A DNA stretch of 64,000 nt from a virus: positions 208,285 to 272,284 of the IMG/VR virus record IMGVR_UViG_3300032242_003291; one strand, given 5' to 3'. A program made the translations under genes and the position numbers. Below are positions 8,938 through 18,299 of this stretch, piece after piece (position 1 is the stretch's first letter; every line of letters starts with the position of its first letter). Below the pieces are notes generated by a model that had not been told where the DNA came from, did no database searches, and was given only the letters and a program-made list of their open reading frames with translations.

Positions 8938-8972
8938 TAAAAAACCCCCTTCGTAATTGAAGAGGGTTAGTG
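8938..8972 (-). terminator. Intrinsic terminator (ccccctt-cgtaattgaa-gagggtt).
   Basis: Downstream of minus gene 8991..9452. Confidence 0.5.
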
Positions 8973-8990
8973 TTATAATATAGAACAAAA

Positions 8991-9452
8991 TTAGAATTGA
9001 CTAGTTGCACCTGTTGCACCCCCACCATATTGTGTTTGGTTAGGAGCTCCTCCAGTTGCTTTGTTTGGGTATAATTTATTTTTTAATTGAAGTGCATATG
9101 CAATTGCGTTTTGAGATGCTTTTTGTGAATTAGGTGAAACATTAAAAGATTTCACACCTTTATTACCTTGATAAAAAACTTCTAGAGTCCATGGATTTCT
9201 TGATGGGTCATCTCCACAATTTAAAAATACGTTAATACCTGTACTGTGGTTGTTGAAATACATATACTTACAACAAGCATATGGACATTTTTTCCATGTT
9301 GTTGCTTTGGACTCATCAACCAATTTGAATCCCTCTTTAGTTAATTGAGGTACGATTAATTTATTCCAATAATCGAAATCTTCTTGCTCTTTAATTACTC
9401 TATTCACCAAACGAACCAAATCGTTTTCTGTTAATCTTATTATTTTACTCAT
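8991..9452 (-). CDS. Propeptide-motif family member (MSKIIRLTENDLVRLVNRVIKEQED). Cys-containing body.
   Basis: ORF track. The N-terminus is paralogous to 14..496 and 37165..37530. Confidence 0.5.
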   Translation of the reverse strand: MSKIIRLTENDLVRLVNRVIKEQEDFDYWNKLIVPQLTKEGFKLVDESKATTWKKCPYACCKYMYFNNHSTGINVFLNCGDDPSRNPWTLEVFYQGNKGVKSFNVSPNSQKASQNAIAYALQLKNKLYPNKATGGAPNQTQYGGGATGATSQF

Positions 9453-9539
9453 AAAAAATATTTTATAATAAATATATCGAAAAGGTCATTTTTTTCCCAA
9501 AAATTTTTTTTGCGTAACTCAAGGTATTATCCCCCCCAA

Positions 9540-9620
9540 ATGACATTCTGACAGTATAGTAAGGGGGGATACGGGGGGAGGGGGGGTGCCTACCCCATGC
9601 CAAGGGGGGTATATGGGGGA
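9540..9620 (+). repeat. Cluster of five G5-7 tracts on the plus strand, with C-tracts just downstream. G-quadruplex-prone, non-coding.
   Basis: taaGGGGGGatacGGGGGGaGGGGGGGtgcctaccccatgccaaGGGGGGtatatGGGGGagg in a roughly 30% GC genome. Confidence 0.5.
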
Positions 9621-9625
9621 GGTAG

Positions 9626-9634
9626 TTATCCACA
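9626..9634 (+). promoter_or_regulatory. Perfect DnaA box TTATCCACA.
   Basis: Exact 9-mer match. One of at least 8 boxes between 9626 and 11272. Confidence 0.5.
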
Positions 9635-9661
9635 TTTAGTCCCCACCCCTCCCGTTGTCGG

Positions 9662-9670
9662 TGTGGATAA
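9662..9670 (-). promoter_or_regulatory. Perfect DnaA box on the minus strand (plus strand reads TGTGGATAA).
   Basis: Exact match. Confidence 0.5.
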
Positions 9671-9706
9671 CAAACACCCCCTCCTGACATGTTGTCTCAT
9701 AAAAAG

Positions 9707-9731
9707 TTATCCCCATATGGGATGGGGATAA
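9707..9731. promoter_or_regulatory. Inverted pair of DnaA-like boxes TTATCCCCA / TGGGGATAA separated by 7 bp.
   Basis: gttatccccatatgggatggggataag. Confidence 0.4.
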
Positions 9732-9772
9732 GTTTATTTGGTTGTGTGAAAGCTATGTTGTATCTTTGTAGG

Positions 9773-10219
9773 TTATTCAGGTATGGTGTGAGTGTCCTTG
9801 TAGCCAGCGGGGACAATCCATCTACCGATAGATAGTCTTCTTGTGCCAGGTAGCTTAAGGTCGTAAGGCATTGCTGCGGACTTATGAATACCTTTGATTG
9901 TATCTTCTATCTCGTTTGTTACTTCTTTGGCGTCTTCGTATGTACATTTGAATCCTGTGGACAGATATGGGGAGTTATATTCTCTACCATGTTCGATAGA
10001 ACTTACAAGCCAACTTGCAAGACCCCAACCATATTCATCCTCTATCAAGTAGGGGTCGAAGTAAACGTCAATGAAGATAAGGTTATATTCATTTATTCTA
10101 TCCTCTTCCACCCCGACATCAAGTATCCATGGGTATTCACGTTTCAGCGCTTTAGCTGTAACCTTATACTCATAGTTGTCATATAATTCCTGTGGGGTCA
10201 TTGGGTCCGATACTGCCAT
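9773..10219 (-). CDS. Hypothetical protein in the GC-richer island.
   Basis: ORF track. Protein-like composition. Confidence 0.4.
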   Translation of the reverse strand: MAVSDPMTPQELYDNYEYKVTAKALKREYPWILDVGVEEDRINEYNLIFIDVYFDPYLIEDEYGWGLASWLVSSIEHGREYNSPYLSTGFKCTYEDAKEVTNEIEDTIKGIHKSAAMPYDLKLPGTRRLSIGRWIVPAGYKDTHTIPE

Positions 10220-10247
10220 AATGGTAAAACCACATTTGGTTTAGAAT

Positions 10248-10859
10248 GTGGGGATAACTTCTTTTGGTTATATCATAAATACTACATACCTTTGTATTGT
10301 TCGAAGCGGGAGTGTAGAACGGGCGGGGGCAATGTGTCAGCTGAAGAAATCAGAGGTAGGCTATTTGGTCCCCACCCCAAACAGACGAGGGCGTAATACA
10401 AAGGTACGTCTTTTTTCTGTAACTACCAAATCTTTTTTTCGGGATTATTTCGTATCTTTGTACCCTATGAGACTGACAGATAAGATATATAATATGGACC
10501 TATCATACAGGGTGGTGAACTTGACCATTAAGTGGTGTGAGAAGTTCTTTACTGCTCCACACATTAAAAGACGTAGGGAACTTCTTGTCATGATATATCA
10601 TTCCCCCACCCATCAGGTGTTCGGACAATACTGTGATAAGAACCATTGGTTGAGTATTAACATACATAACTGTCCGACAGTTAGGGACCTTATTAAAACT
10701 ACCATCCATGAATATACCCACGTATGTCAGGACCTGAAGGAATATGCTCTTATGAATAAGATGGTGGGGTATGATAAGAATCCTCTTGAAGTCGAAGCAA
10801 GATTGAATGAGGACACATACTATAAGAATTGTTGGAGGAGCATTAAATCGAAGCTTTAA
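10248..10859 (+). CDS. Small HExxH zinc-metallopeptidase-like protein (IHEYTHVCQ). True start probably at 10332 (MCQ...) or 10494 (MDLSYRV...).
   Basis: HExxH motif. TAnnTTTG motifs at 10287 and 10453 lie upstream of the candidate internal starts. Confidence 0.45.
   Translation: MGITSFGYIINTTYLCIVRSGSVERAGAMCQLKKSEVGYLVPTPNRRGRNTKVRLFSVTTKSFFRDYFVSLYPMRLTDKIYNMDLSYRVVNLTIKWCEKFFTAPHIKRRRELLVMIYHSPTHQVFGQYCDKNHWLSINIHNCPTVRDLIKTTIHEYTHVCQDLKEYALMNKMVGYDKNPLEVEARLNEDTYYKNCWRSIKSKL
10249..10257 (-). promoter_or_regulatory. DnaA-like box (TGGGGATAA).
   Basis: 8 of 9 positions match the consensus. Confidence 0.35.
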
Positions 10860-11148
10860 TTAACTCCTGACACTTAGCCACAATATCCTTGGGAGTAATC
10901 TCTTCCCCACCATGGACATATAGTCCTTCCACCTTTGCATCCACACAGGCCCATCCATCTAATCCTATGGGTTTCCTTGAGAAGGACCTCTTAGCCTTCT
11001 CGAAATATAAGGTCCCTAACTCCACTTCCCCACCCATCATCGTGACCACGACCCTGATTCTGTCAGGGTCTAACTGTGTTAACTCATAAGATAATTTGTC
11101 CATGTGTATAAGTATACTTACGGAACACATAAAAATAAAGTTATCCAC
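10843..11148 (-). CDS. Hypothetical protein.
   Basis: ORF track. Confidence 0.35.
   Translation of the reverse strand: MDNFIFMCSVSILIHMDKLSYELTQLDPDRIRVVVTMMGGEVELGTLYFEKAKRSFSRKPIGLDGWACVDAKVEGLYVHGGEEITPKDIVAKCQELIKASI
11140..11148 (+). promoter_or_regulatory. Perfect DnaA box TTATCCACA.
   Basis: Exact match. Confidence 0.5.
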
Positions 11149-11198
11149 AGGTGGGGAATGGTCCTGACGATATGACAGGGTGGAAAAAAAGTTGGGGA

Positions 11199-11207
11199 TG
11201 TGGATAA
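11199..11207 (-). promoter_or_regulatory. Perfect DnaA box on the minus strand (TGTGGATAA).
   Basis: Exact match. Confidence 0.5.
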
Positions 11208-11263
11208 CTTTGGGGGTAAAATATTTGGATTTGTCAGAATGTCAGGGGACCGTTACGATGGGG

Positions 11264-11272
11264 ATAATCCCT
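11264..11272 (-). promoter_or_regulatory. DnaA-like box (TGGGGATAA).
   Basis: 8 of 9 positions match. Confidence 0.35.
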
Positions 11273-11683
11273 CGACACACTTTTCCCCCACTTTCTACCA
11301 CTATTGTTTCCCACATTTTACCACCGAAATAGTCCCCACGTATATAAAAACACCACTTTTTCCCCTCTGTAGGGGTCTACAGGACCAGTTTTTTACTATA
11401 TATAAAACCTAGCAAAAAAAGGAGTAATAAGTGTGAGACGCGGGGAAACGAACGTAGTGAGTGTTTCATGACTATTCAGTCATGGTTTAACCCCCCTTCA
11501 AGGAGGGAACCGATATGTTTTATTACCTCCAACGAGGTGACAACTCAGTCCCCCACTCGTGGTGGAGACCTGTAGTCTGTGATAATATATCGTGTAAATG
11601 TATGATATTTCATTTTATCGTGGGAATCCACGATGCTTATATATCATCTCATCCACATATGTAATGTGTCATAAGTAAACTTA

Positions 11684-11727
11684 TAGCTTGACCCGTAGGG
11701 ATGTTTTGTAAAGTTATAGCTTGACAC
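11684..11727 (+). repeat. Direct repeat of about 14 bp (cttatagcttgac / gttatagcttgac), spaced about 28 bp apart. Iteron-like. The region also contains short perfect hairpins.
   Basis: aaacttatagcttgacccgtagggatgttttgtaaagttatagcttgacaca. Confidence 0.4.
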
Positions 11728-11757
11728 ACTATATCACATATTAAAGTCTCTTCATAT

Positions 11758-12162
11758 ATGTGGGGAATATATTTGGTGGGGGATGTTCCCGACATGGATG
11801 TCGGAGACATATGGATATCCATATTTATCCGCAAATATACGATTGCATATCCGATATTATGTTATACCTTTGTGATTATGAGAAGATTGATATGGGAGTT
11901 CCTTAATATGAAGTATAAAGATATTGTAATATATCATCAGGTCTTTGACCTTGATAACAGACGCACTGAAAAGTTTGTCACTGAAAGTTATCAGAGCATT
12001 ATGGAATTTACTTATTTCTATAGTGGCAAAGATGTAAGGACTCATATAACTCCTGATATTAGAAAAAATATACAGAACTATTTCTGTGTTAATGCTTTAG
12101 ATGTTGAATCATATATTCTTGAATGGTGCCGTGATAAAAGTTATAAGACTATTGAAATGTAA
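11758..12162 (+). CDS. Hypothetical protein. Start probably internal (MRRLIWEF or MKYKDIV).
   Basis: ORF track. Confidence 0.3.
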   Translation: MWGIYLVGDVPDMDVGDIWISIFIRKYTIAYPILCYTFVIMRRLIWEFLNMKYKDIVIYHQVFDLDNRRTEKFVTESYQSIMEFTYFYSGKDVRTHITPDIRKNIQNYFCVNALDVESYILEWCRDKSYKTIEM

Positions 12163-12481
12163 TATGGATGAAGAATTAAACTTTGGTGAAAAGATTAAGA
12201 TTGTGCTTAATAAGATGGTTGTACCTGACTATGATGCTATTGACCGCGTGGAGTATACAAAGTTTGGTGATATAGGTGAAAGTCGATATTATGAAATCAT
12301 ATATATAGTCAAAAAAGGTTGCTATAGTGACTTAGATATTAATATAGGTACTGAAATCATTGAAAAAACTCAGAGAATTGTTCCTATGGTTGGATTGTTA
12401 CCTCATGAAGGTTATAATGTTTTGTTTCGTATCGATGGAAAGAAATATAATACATTGGAAGGAATGGGATTATACGATTAA
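12101..12481 (+). CDS. Hypothetical protein. Likely start MDEELNFGEK at about 12164.
   Basis: ORF track. The ATG lies 2 nt after the upstream stop. Confidence 0.35.
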   Translation: MLNHIFLNGAVIKVIRLLKCNMDEELNFGEKIKIVLNKMVVPDYDAIDRVEYTKFGDIGESRYYEIIYIVKKGCYSDLDINIGTEIIEKTQRIVPMVGLLPHEGYNVLFRIDGKKYNTLEGMGLYD

Positions 12482-12551
12482 TGAAAGAAGTGAGGGACAT
12501 CCACGGAACGTAGTGTAGTGGATTGTTCTTGTCCCGAACTGAGTGAATTAA

Positions 12552-12899
12552 TTGGATAATCTAAAAGTATTTATTCATATGAAGATAATCATCACAGAAG
12601 AACAATACGACAAAATCATTAGTCAGAAATCTCTTTTTTGGATTAAGAGAAGAATTGATTTGGTTAAAGACGGATTGAAAGAAACCTTTGAACTTATGGA
12701 GTATGATATTTGTCGAATCGATGATTATTATAAGTTTGAAAAGAAATTCTTCTCTGTATTAATGGATGGTCTTCATCCATATTTTTATGATGATGAAAGT
12801 TTTGACCACGCAGAATATGATGCTATGTATAATACATTAAAGGATTTATACTATGTTGAGTGTACCGAGTTTTATTTTGACGGTAGAGAACGCTGCTAA
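12552..12899 (+). CDS. Hypothetical protein. Likely start MKIIITEEQYDKIISQ at about 12579 (resembles the propeptide motif).
   Basis: ORF track. Confidence 0.35.
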   Translation: MDNLKVFIHMKIIITEEQYDKIISQKSLFWIKRRIDLVKDGLKETFELMEYDICRIDDYYKFEKKFFSVLMDGLHPYFYDDESFDHAEYDAMYNTLKDLYYVECTEFYFDGRERC

Positions 12900-13254
12900 T
12901 TTTTTTGATTCTCACACCCTTTTTTCATACCTTTGTATTGTGGAAAAACTTATGCATTTATATCTGAAAACAATTTATCCTAAAGCTTATGTTTATAAAT
13001 CTAAGTTTGGTTCCCTTATTTATAATATGGATGAATCTACTAGCTTTTGTTTGAAGTTTAATACTAAATTTCACATTAACAAAAAACCAGTTGTGAATCA
13101 ATTGATTCACCTATTTTGTTGTGACGAAAATGTTGCTGAAAATGTTTATTATAATTGGTTTGAAAGTCTCCCCGTATATGTTATGGGTAAAAACTTAACT
13201 TGTGAAGATGTTCTTGTACCATTGGTAACTGAATGTAATTCTACTGTCAGTTAA
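12853..13254 (+). CDS. Hypothetical protein. Likely start MHLYLK at about 12952.
   Basis: ORF track plus the promoter motif just upstream. Confidence 0.35.
   Translation: MLSVPSFILTVENAANFFDSHTLFSYLCIVEKLMHLYLKTIYPKAYVYKSKFGSLIYNMDESTSFCLKFNTKFHINKKPVVNQLIHLFCCDENVAENVYYNWFESLPVYVMGKNLTCEDVLVPLVTECNSTVS
12928..12935 (+). promoter_or_regulatory. Bacteroidota-type -7 promoter motif TAccTTTG, about 17 nt upstream of the ATG at 12952.
   Basis: Matches TAnnTTTG. The extended form TTTGTATTG recurs at other promoters in the window. Confidence 0.4.
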
Positions 13255-13298
13255 TAATAACTTAATATTCCCCGACAAAGTATATCCTATTTATCTAT

Positions 13299-13997
13299 AT
13301 GGTTAAAGATTTTCTTACTATTGTAATCCCCACAAAAAATGAGAGTGAACTTATCGATATCACTCTTTGTCATCTGAATAAACAAACCGATATAAACGGC
13401 ACTAAAGTTATAATTTGTGATTGTTCTGACGATAATACTGTGGAAGTTATTAAAACGGGTAATTACAAAAACTTAGATATTGTTTTTACTGATGGTGGAC
13501 TTCCGAGCGTTGCCAGAAATAACGGTGCCAAGTTATGTGATACTCCTTATGTTTTATTCTTGGATGCTGATATCTTCTTGGTGAATATTAATACCATAAA
13601 AGATACTCTTAATCTTATTAAGAACAATAATCTTTATTTGGTAACAACTAAGTTCAGAGTCAGAGGTATCTATTCATTTGTATTCCCTATCTTCGAATTC
13701 TTTAGAGACTTAACCGTATATAAAGCCCCATGTGCTGTCGGAGGTTTCATGCTCTTTGACATATTCGAATTTAATCGTCTTGGAGGATTTAATAATGAAG
13801 ATAAGTTTGCCGAGGACTTTCATATCAGCTTGAAGGTTAATCCATTCAGATTTCATGTATCCCCACATAAGATATACACAACAGATAGACGTTTCAAAAA
13901 GAAAGGTTTGTTCTATATGTTGAAGATGTCTTTCCTCTCTTATATCAATAGAGATAATCCTGAGTTCTTTAAGAACGACCACAAATATTGGAACTAA
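13299..13997 (+). CDS. Family-2 glycosyltransferase (GT-A fold).
   Basis: N-terminal VIPTKNE and a DxD-type motif LFLDADIF. Typical GT2 layout. Confidence 0.6.
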   Translation: MVKDFLTIVIPTKNESELIDITLCHLNKQTDINGTKVIICDCSDDNTVEVIKTGNYKNLDIVFTDGGLPSVARNNGAKLCDTPYVLFLDADIFLVNINTIKDTLNLIKNNNLYLVTTKFRVRGIYSFVFPIFEFFRDLTVYKAPCAVGGFMLFDIFEFNRLGGFNNEDKFAEDFHISLKVNPFRFHVSPHKIYTTDRRFKKKGLFYMLKMSFLSYINRDNPEFFKNDHKYWN

Positions 13998-14099
13998 TAT
14001 GGAAGATTGGATTGGATTCTTTTATATGTTAATAATTAAAGGAATGTTATCAGCTCTAATTGTGATTGGAGTTTATGCCCTTATTAAAAGAAAAAGAAA

Positions 14100-14840
14100 A
14101 TGAATTATAAAGCCGTTGTAATGTCTGACCTTCATTTGGGTATGAAGGACTGCAAACCACAAAAGATATTGGACTTCTTGGATTCTATGAGGACCGACAT
14201 CTTAATATTAAATGGAGACGTTATCGACTTTGATGCTCTTCGCAGAGGAAGCAAATGGAAAAATAAACATACAAAAGTTATTACCAAGATATTAGATATT
14301 TCTCGTCATGTTCCCGTGGTTTATATTCGCGGGAACCATGATGATGATATCCGTGAGTTCTTCGGAATGGAAATTGGTAACATACAATTTACAGATGAAT
14401 ATATTATTGATACTAAAGAATGGGTTGAAAATGATGTCTATCACAATAGAAGATATCTTGTTTTTCACGGTGACCAAATTGATGTCACATCCAAGTTCAA
14501 ACTACTTACTCAGATTGGCTCTGTGGGCTACGACCTGGCTCTAAGATTGAATACAATCTATAACCGTTACAGAGAATGGAGAAAACTTCCTTATTATTCC
14601 ATATCAAAAAGGATTAAAGAAAACTTTAAGAAAGCATTGAGCTTCATTAATAACTTTGAAGATAATGCCGTTCAGTATGGTAAAAGAAAAGGATGTAATG
14701 GTGTGATATGTGGGCACATACATATTCCTGTGATGAAAGAAATTAACGGAGTTAACTATTATAACTCAGGTGATTGGGTTGAAAACTTTACAGCAGTTGT
14801 TCTTACTACAGATTACAAATGGGAGTTAATTCATTTATAA
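14100..14840 (+). CDS. Calcineurin-like metallophosphoesterase.
   Basis: Motifs MSDLHLG, NGDVID, GNHDD, GHIH. Confidence 0.6.
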   Translation: MNYKAVVMSDLHLGMKDCKPQKILDFLDSMRTDILILNGDVIDFDALRRGSKWKNKHTKVITKILDISRHVPVVYIRGNHDDDIREFFGMEIGNIQFTDEYIIDTKEWVENDVYHNRRYLVFHGDQIDVTSKFKLLTQIGSVGYDLALRLNTIYNRYREWRKLPYYSISKRIKENFKKALSFINNFEDNAVQYGKRKGCNGVICGHIHIPVMKEINGVNYYNSGDWVENFTAVVLTTDYKWELIHL

Positions 14841-15473
14841 ATTTTCTCTTATTATTTTACAAGGTGAACCGTACGCAATTACGTTATCGGGAATGTCTTT
14901 TGTTACGACTGAACCCGCACCTATGATTGTGTTCTTTCCTATCTTTACTTCATGTAATATGTTTGTCCCCATCCCTATTGTTGTACCTTTACCTATGGTC
15001 ACGTTTCCTGCGATGTTGGTACCAGGATTGATTGAACAATAATCACTTATGATTGTATGATGACCTATGGAAACATGTCTATTAATGGATACAAAATTAC
15101 CTATCTTTGTTTGTGCTGCAATTGATACTTTGGAATTGATTAATACCCCACATCCTATTTTGCTTGTATGGGAAATATCTAAACCACTATGAATTACACT
15201 AATAAACTTGTTGAAGTCAGGATTTAATTCTTGTATTATTTTTATTTTATGTTGAGGTTGATATACCCCGAGAACAAATGCTGTGTAGTCATCTAAGTTA
15301 ACTTCATTCAAAACTTCTATGTTAAATCTGTCGTGATTAAACGTATTCAGTATTGGTAAATCTAAATTGTTATAGATTGTTATCTTTGGCATTTGATGAA
15401 TTGAATATAAGTTATCTAATATCATCGTGACAATATTATCTCCTTTACCTATAACTAATAATTTTGTTCCCAT
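14835..15473 (-). CDS. Hexapeptide-repeat (left-handed beta-helix) sugar acetyltransferase, NeuD/PglD-like.
   Basis: N-terminal Rossmann-like segment followed by repeated [LIV]G-x-x-x-x hexapeptides (IGNFVSINRHVSIGHHTIISDYCSINPGTNIAGNVTIGKGTTIG...). Confidence 0.65.
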   Translation of the reverse strand: MGTKLLVIGKGDNIVTMILDNLYSIHQMPKITIYNNLDLPILNTFNHDRFNIEVLNEVNLDDYTAFVLGVYQPQHKIKIIQELNPDFNKFISVIHSGLDISHTSKIGCGVLINSKVSIAAQTKIGNFVSINRHVSIGHHTIISDYCSINPGTNIAGNVTIGKGTTIGMGTNILHEVKIGKNTIIGAGSVVTKDIPDNVIAYGSPCKIIRENL

Positions 15474-16356
15474 ATCCTTTTTTTCTTAATTCGTATGATG
15501 TGTAATGAGTCATATCTAATTCATTCATTATTCTATGTGCTCGTTTTAATAACTCTATGTTGGTTGTCTTTTCCTTATCTTTGAAATATAAGTTATCTTC
15601 TAATCCGATTCTTATTCCATCGAAATCTAACAGACCATAAGTTGTGCTTTTTAGTTGTTGTGAACCTATCCCACCTAAACAAACGTATGAATTTGTTGGT
15701 AGATTAGATTTTATTGTTGATAATGTTCCGAAGTCACACTGACCGTTATATATGTTTCCCAATATAACGTTAATGTGATATGGTGGATTTAATCTGTTCT
15801 TTGAAATAAGGTAATTGGTATAGTTTAACATCCCTGTATCAAAACATTCTATCTCAGGCTGAACCCCGTGTTTGTTCATCTCTTCTATCAAAGATAGTAT
15901 CATCTCAGGTTGATTTAGAGATGCTCCTGATGGGAAGTTTAATGATGACATCGTTAATGAACCCATGTCAGGATATAATTGTAATACTTCTGCTCTTTGT
16001 TCTAATTCAGGAAAGTTTCTTCCAGTTAGTGAGACGCAAATCAATAATTCAGGACAATGTTTTTTTACACCTTCTATAATCTTTTGATACACTTCTTTCT
16101 TGTAAGTGTTCTTTAATGTATTTTCATCCCGAGCATGTAAATGCACAATCGATATACCCACTTCATGTGCGTTATGAATTTCCTCTATTATTTCGTTCGG
16201 TAATAGTGGAGCAAGAGAATTATCCCTTGTTGTTTGAGTACCTGTTGGTGTGAAATTGATTATTTTATGCACTTGTAATATATGATTTGATTTTGAACAC
16301 TTCCCTAAATTGATTATCGAATGCTTTTTCATAAATAACTTTTTGTGAGTTATCAA
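15445..16356 (-). CDS. BKACE/DUF849-family (beta-keto acid cleavage enzyme-like) TIM-barrel protein.
   Basis: IINFTPTGTQTTRDNS...NAHEVGISIVHLHARD resembles the Kce-family N-terminal signature. The ORF start overlaps the upstream gene, so the true start is probably further downstream (possibly GTG). Confidence 0.45.
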   Translation of the reverse strand: MITHKKLFMKKHSIINLGKCSKSNHILQVHKIINFTPTGTQTTRDNSLAPLLPNEIIEEIHNAHEVGISIVHLHARDENTLKNTYKKEVYQKIIEGVKKHCPELLICVSLTGRNFPELEQRAEVLQLYPDMGSLTMSSLNFPSGASLNQPEMILSLIEEMNKHGVQPEIECFDTGMLNYTNYLISKNRLNPPYHINVILGNIYNGQCDFGTLSTIKSNLPTNSYVCLGGIGSQQLKSTTYGLLDFDGIRIGLEDNLYFKDKEKTTNIELLKRAHRIMNELDMTHYTSYELRKKGYGNKIISYR

Positions 16357-17215
16357 CTCTTACGTGATTGATATCATCAAAAATTCCCAAAGGTCTTATG
16401 TGCCAGTGGTAAGGTTTTGTTGTTATGTTAACAATTGTAGATTTATTTACAATTACAACAATTTCTTCAGAGGTGTCTTTCACGGATTTATAAAAAATGT
16501 TCAATGTTTTGTCTGATGGATTATAGTACAAAGTGAAATGGACCCCCCTATGAAAAACTTTATCTCCCCTTTGAAATTTATCTTCCAAAGGTTCATCTTT
16601 GAATAATATTTTTCCCGAGTTTAATAGAAGGTTTTTTGTGAAATGCTCTAATTGGGTTTCTTTCATTTTTTTCATTTCTCTTTCAATATATTCCTTGTCA
16701 TAATTTTTTATTTTTTCAGGTAAAGAACTTACTTTCATAGACTTGAAAGAACCAAAAAGAAACCCGTCTTCTTGCCCATTATTAGTATAAATTACAGAAT
16801 CATACCTTTCTAAAAAATTACTATTTTCGTCAACTAAATTTTTATCTAACAGCAAACAATCATACTCGATATGATGAATATTTTGATATCCAAAATTTAT
16901 TGCTATTTGGCAAGCAATCGATAACATTCTATAAATCGCAAATCCATAAAAATATTTATTAAAAAATCTTGATTTTATTTTTGAATTTCCAAATTCGAAA
17001 TACATGTAGCCTAACAAATCATAATCCTCTGAAATTTCATTTTTATAATCATAAACATAATAATGACATTTTTTTTGAATATGAATTGGAACATGCGAAT
17101 GAGAAACTAACGCAATATGTTTACCACATTCTAAAACAGAATTAATACATTTTTCTAAAATTATTTCTTGTTCTTCTGTTGGACAATAAGCAGAAATAAA
17201 AATTAAATCTTTCAT
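16265..17215 (-). CDS. Hypothetical protein in the glycan-enzyme block.
   Basis: ORF track. Confidence 0.4.
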   Translation of the reverse strand: MKDLIFISAYCPTEEQEIILEKCINSVLECGKHIALVSHSHVPIHIQKKCHYYVYDYKNEISEDYDLLGYMYFEFGNSKIKSRFFNKYFYGFAIYRMLSIACQIAINFGYQNIHHIEYDCLLLDKNLVDENSNFLERYDSVIYTNNGQEDGFLFGSFKSMKVSSLPEKIKNYDKEYIEREMKKMKETQLEHFTKNLLLNSGKILFKDEPLEDKFQRGDKVFHRGVHFTLYYNPSDKTLNIFYKSVKDTSEEIVVIVNKSTIVNITTKPYHWHIRPLGIFDDINHVRVDNSQKVIYEKAFDNQFREVFKIKSYITSA

Positions 17216-17282
17216 TCCCCAAAAATAAATAAAAATAGTTTTTAATCAATAAAATGTTTTACCCTAAAAAGTATTTATTAAT

Positions 17283-17600
17283 ATGGACTATATTATGAAC
17301 CAAAGACAACTTGATAAGTTGATGAAACCATATTGGGATATGCATTTTAATGATGCATACTTTGGTAAAGTTAATTTGAGTGGTGAAGATTGGGTAGGTT
17401 TGATTAAAAAAGATTCTAAAGGTATTCCTGAATTATTGTTGGGACATCCTGAAGATAGAGAAGAAATGATGTGGTATTGTAATGGACCAACTTTTAATGG
17501 TGGACATACACTTTTTAGTATTAAGCGTAGTGCATTTAATGAATCTATGAAAAGATATGTTAAGGATAGATTTAACATTACAACAAAAGATATTATGTAA
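17283..17600 (+). CDS. Hypothetical protein.
   Basis: ORF track. Confidence 0.35.
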   Translation: MDYIMNQRQLDKLMKPYWDMHFNDAYFGKVNLSGEDWVGLIKKDSKGIPELLLGHPEDREEMMWYCNGPTFNGGHTLFSIKRSAFNESMKRYVKDRFNITTKDIM

Positions 17601-17855
17601 CTACTTCTTTTTTACCTTAACACAATTTGGGTATCTCTTTCCGAACATTGTCTTCATCCCCTTTTGAGTATATCCTTTCCAACATCTCTCAGTTATTTCT
17701 GATTCATTATTCTCATGTTTGAAGTGTTCGTGGTCGGGCTCCATTTCGAATGCTGGTGCTGCGTAAGCCCCAACGCCTTCTTTTTCTTCTTGTTCTTTCG
17801 AAGGTAAATTGTTCTCAATGTGTTCCCTGAGTATTTTTTTGATAAGTTGTCTCAC
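17601..17855 (-). CDS. Hypothetical protein.
   Basis: ORF track. Confidence 0.35.
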   Translation of the reverse strand: MRQLIKKILREHIENNLPSKEQEEKEGVGAYAAPAFEMEPDHEHFKHENNESEITERCWKGYTQKGMKTMFGKRYPNCVKVKKK

Positions 17856-17883
17856 AATAATAAATATCCTATATTTGAATTAG

Positions 17884-18186
17884 ATGGAAAGATTAATCAA
17901 TTCTTTTTTGGAAACTAAATACACTGATAAACTCCGTATTAAAACTAGATATATTACTGAAGGTATAAAGTGTATTGAATATAATATATCATCAGGTTAT
18001 GATGATATAATAACTGTTTATCTTTATTCCGAACACCAAAAAGGTTTTAAGGTTTTTGGTCCTTTAGCTAAAGAATTGGAATCATGGTTCGATATTAAAT
18101 TTAGAGGGAAAGTAGAAGAGCTTGTATTCTCTTGGTGTAAAACCAAAATAGATTTTAATAATAAAAACCTAGAATATTTTGTATAG
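17884..18186 (+). CDS. Hypothetical protein.
   Basis: ORF track. Confidence 0.35.
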   Translation: MERLINSFLETKYTDKLRIKTRYITEGIKCIEYNISSGYDDIITVYLYSEHQKGFKVFGPLAKELESWFDIKFRGKVEELVFSWCKTKIDFNNKNLEYFV

Positions 18187-18299
18187 TGTTAATGTCTATA
18201 ATGTGGATGATGTTTGTGCCAATGACGATGATGTTTTGTGGTTACACATGAAACCATTAAAATTGAAATGATTGATATTAAAAATAACTTTTTCATAAT

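Noticed and set aside
9463-9690. Minus-strand ORF of 75 aa (MSGGGVCYPHRQREGWG...).
   Set aside because: It is the translation of the G/C homopolymer-tract region (Pro/Gly-rich) and is more plausibly non-coding origin-like DNA.
9884-10721. ORFs 9884..10186(+) and 10503..10721(-).
   Set aside because: They are antisense to better ORFs (9773..10219 and 10248..10859) and have hydrophobic, Cys/Phe-rich composition.
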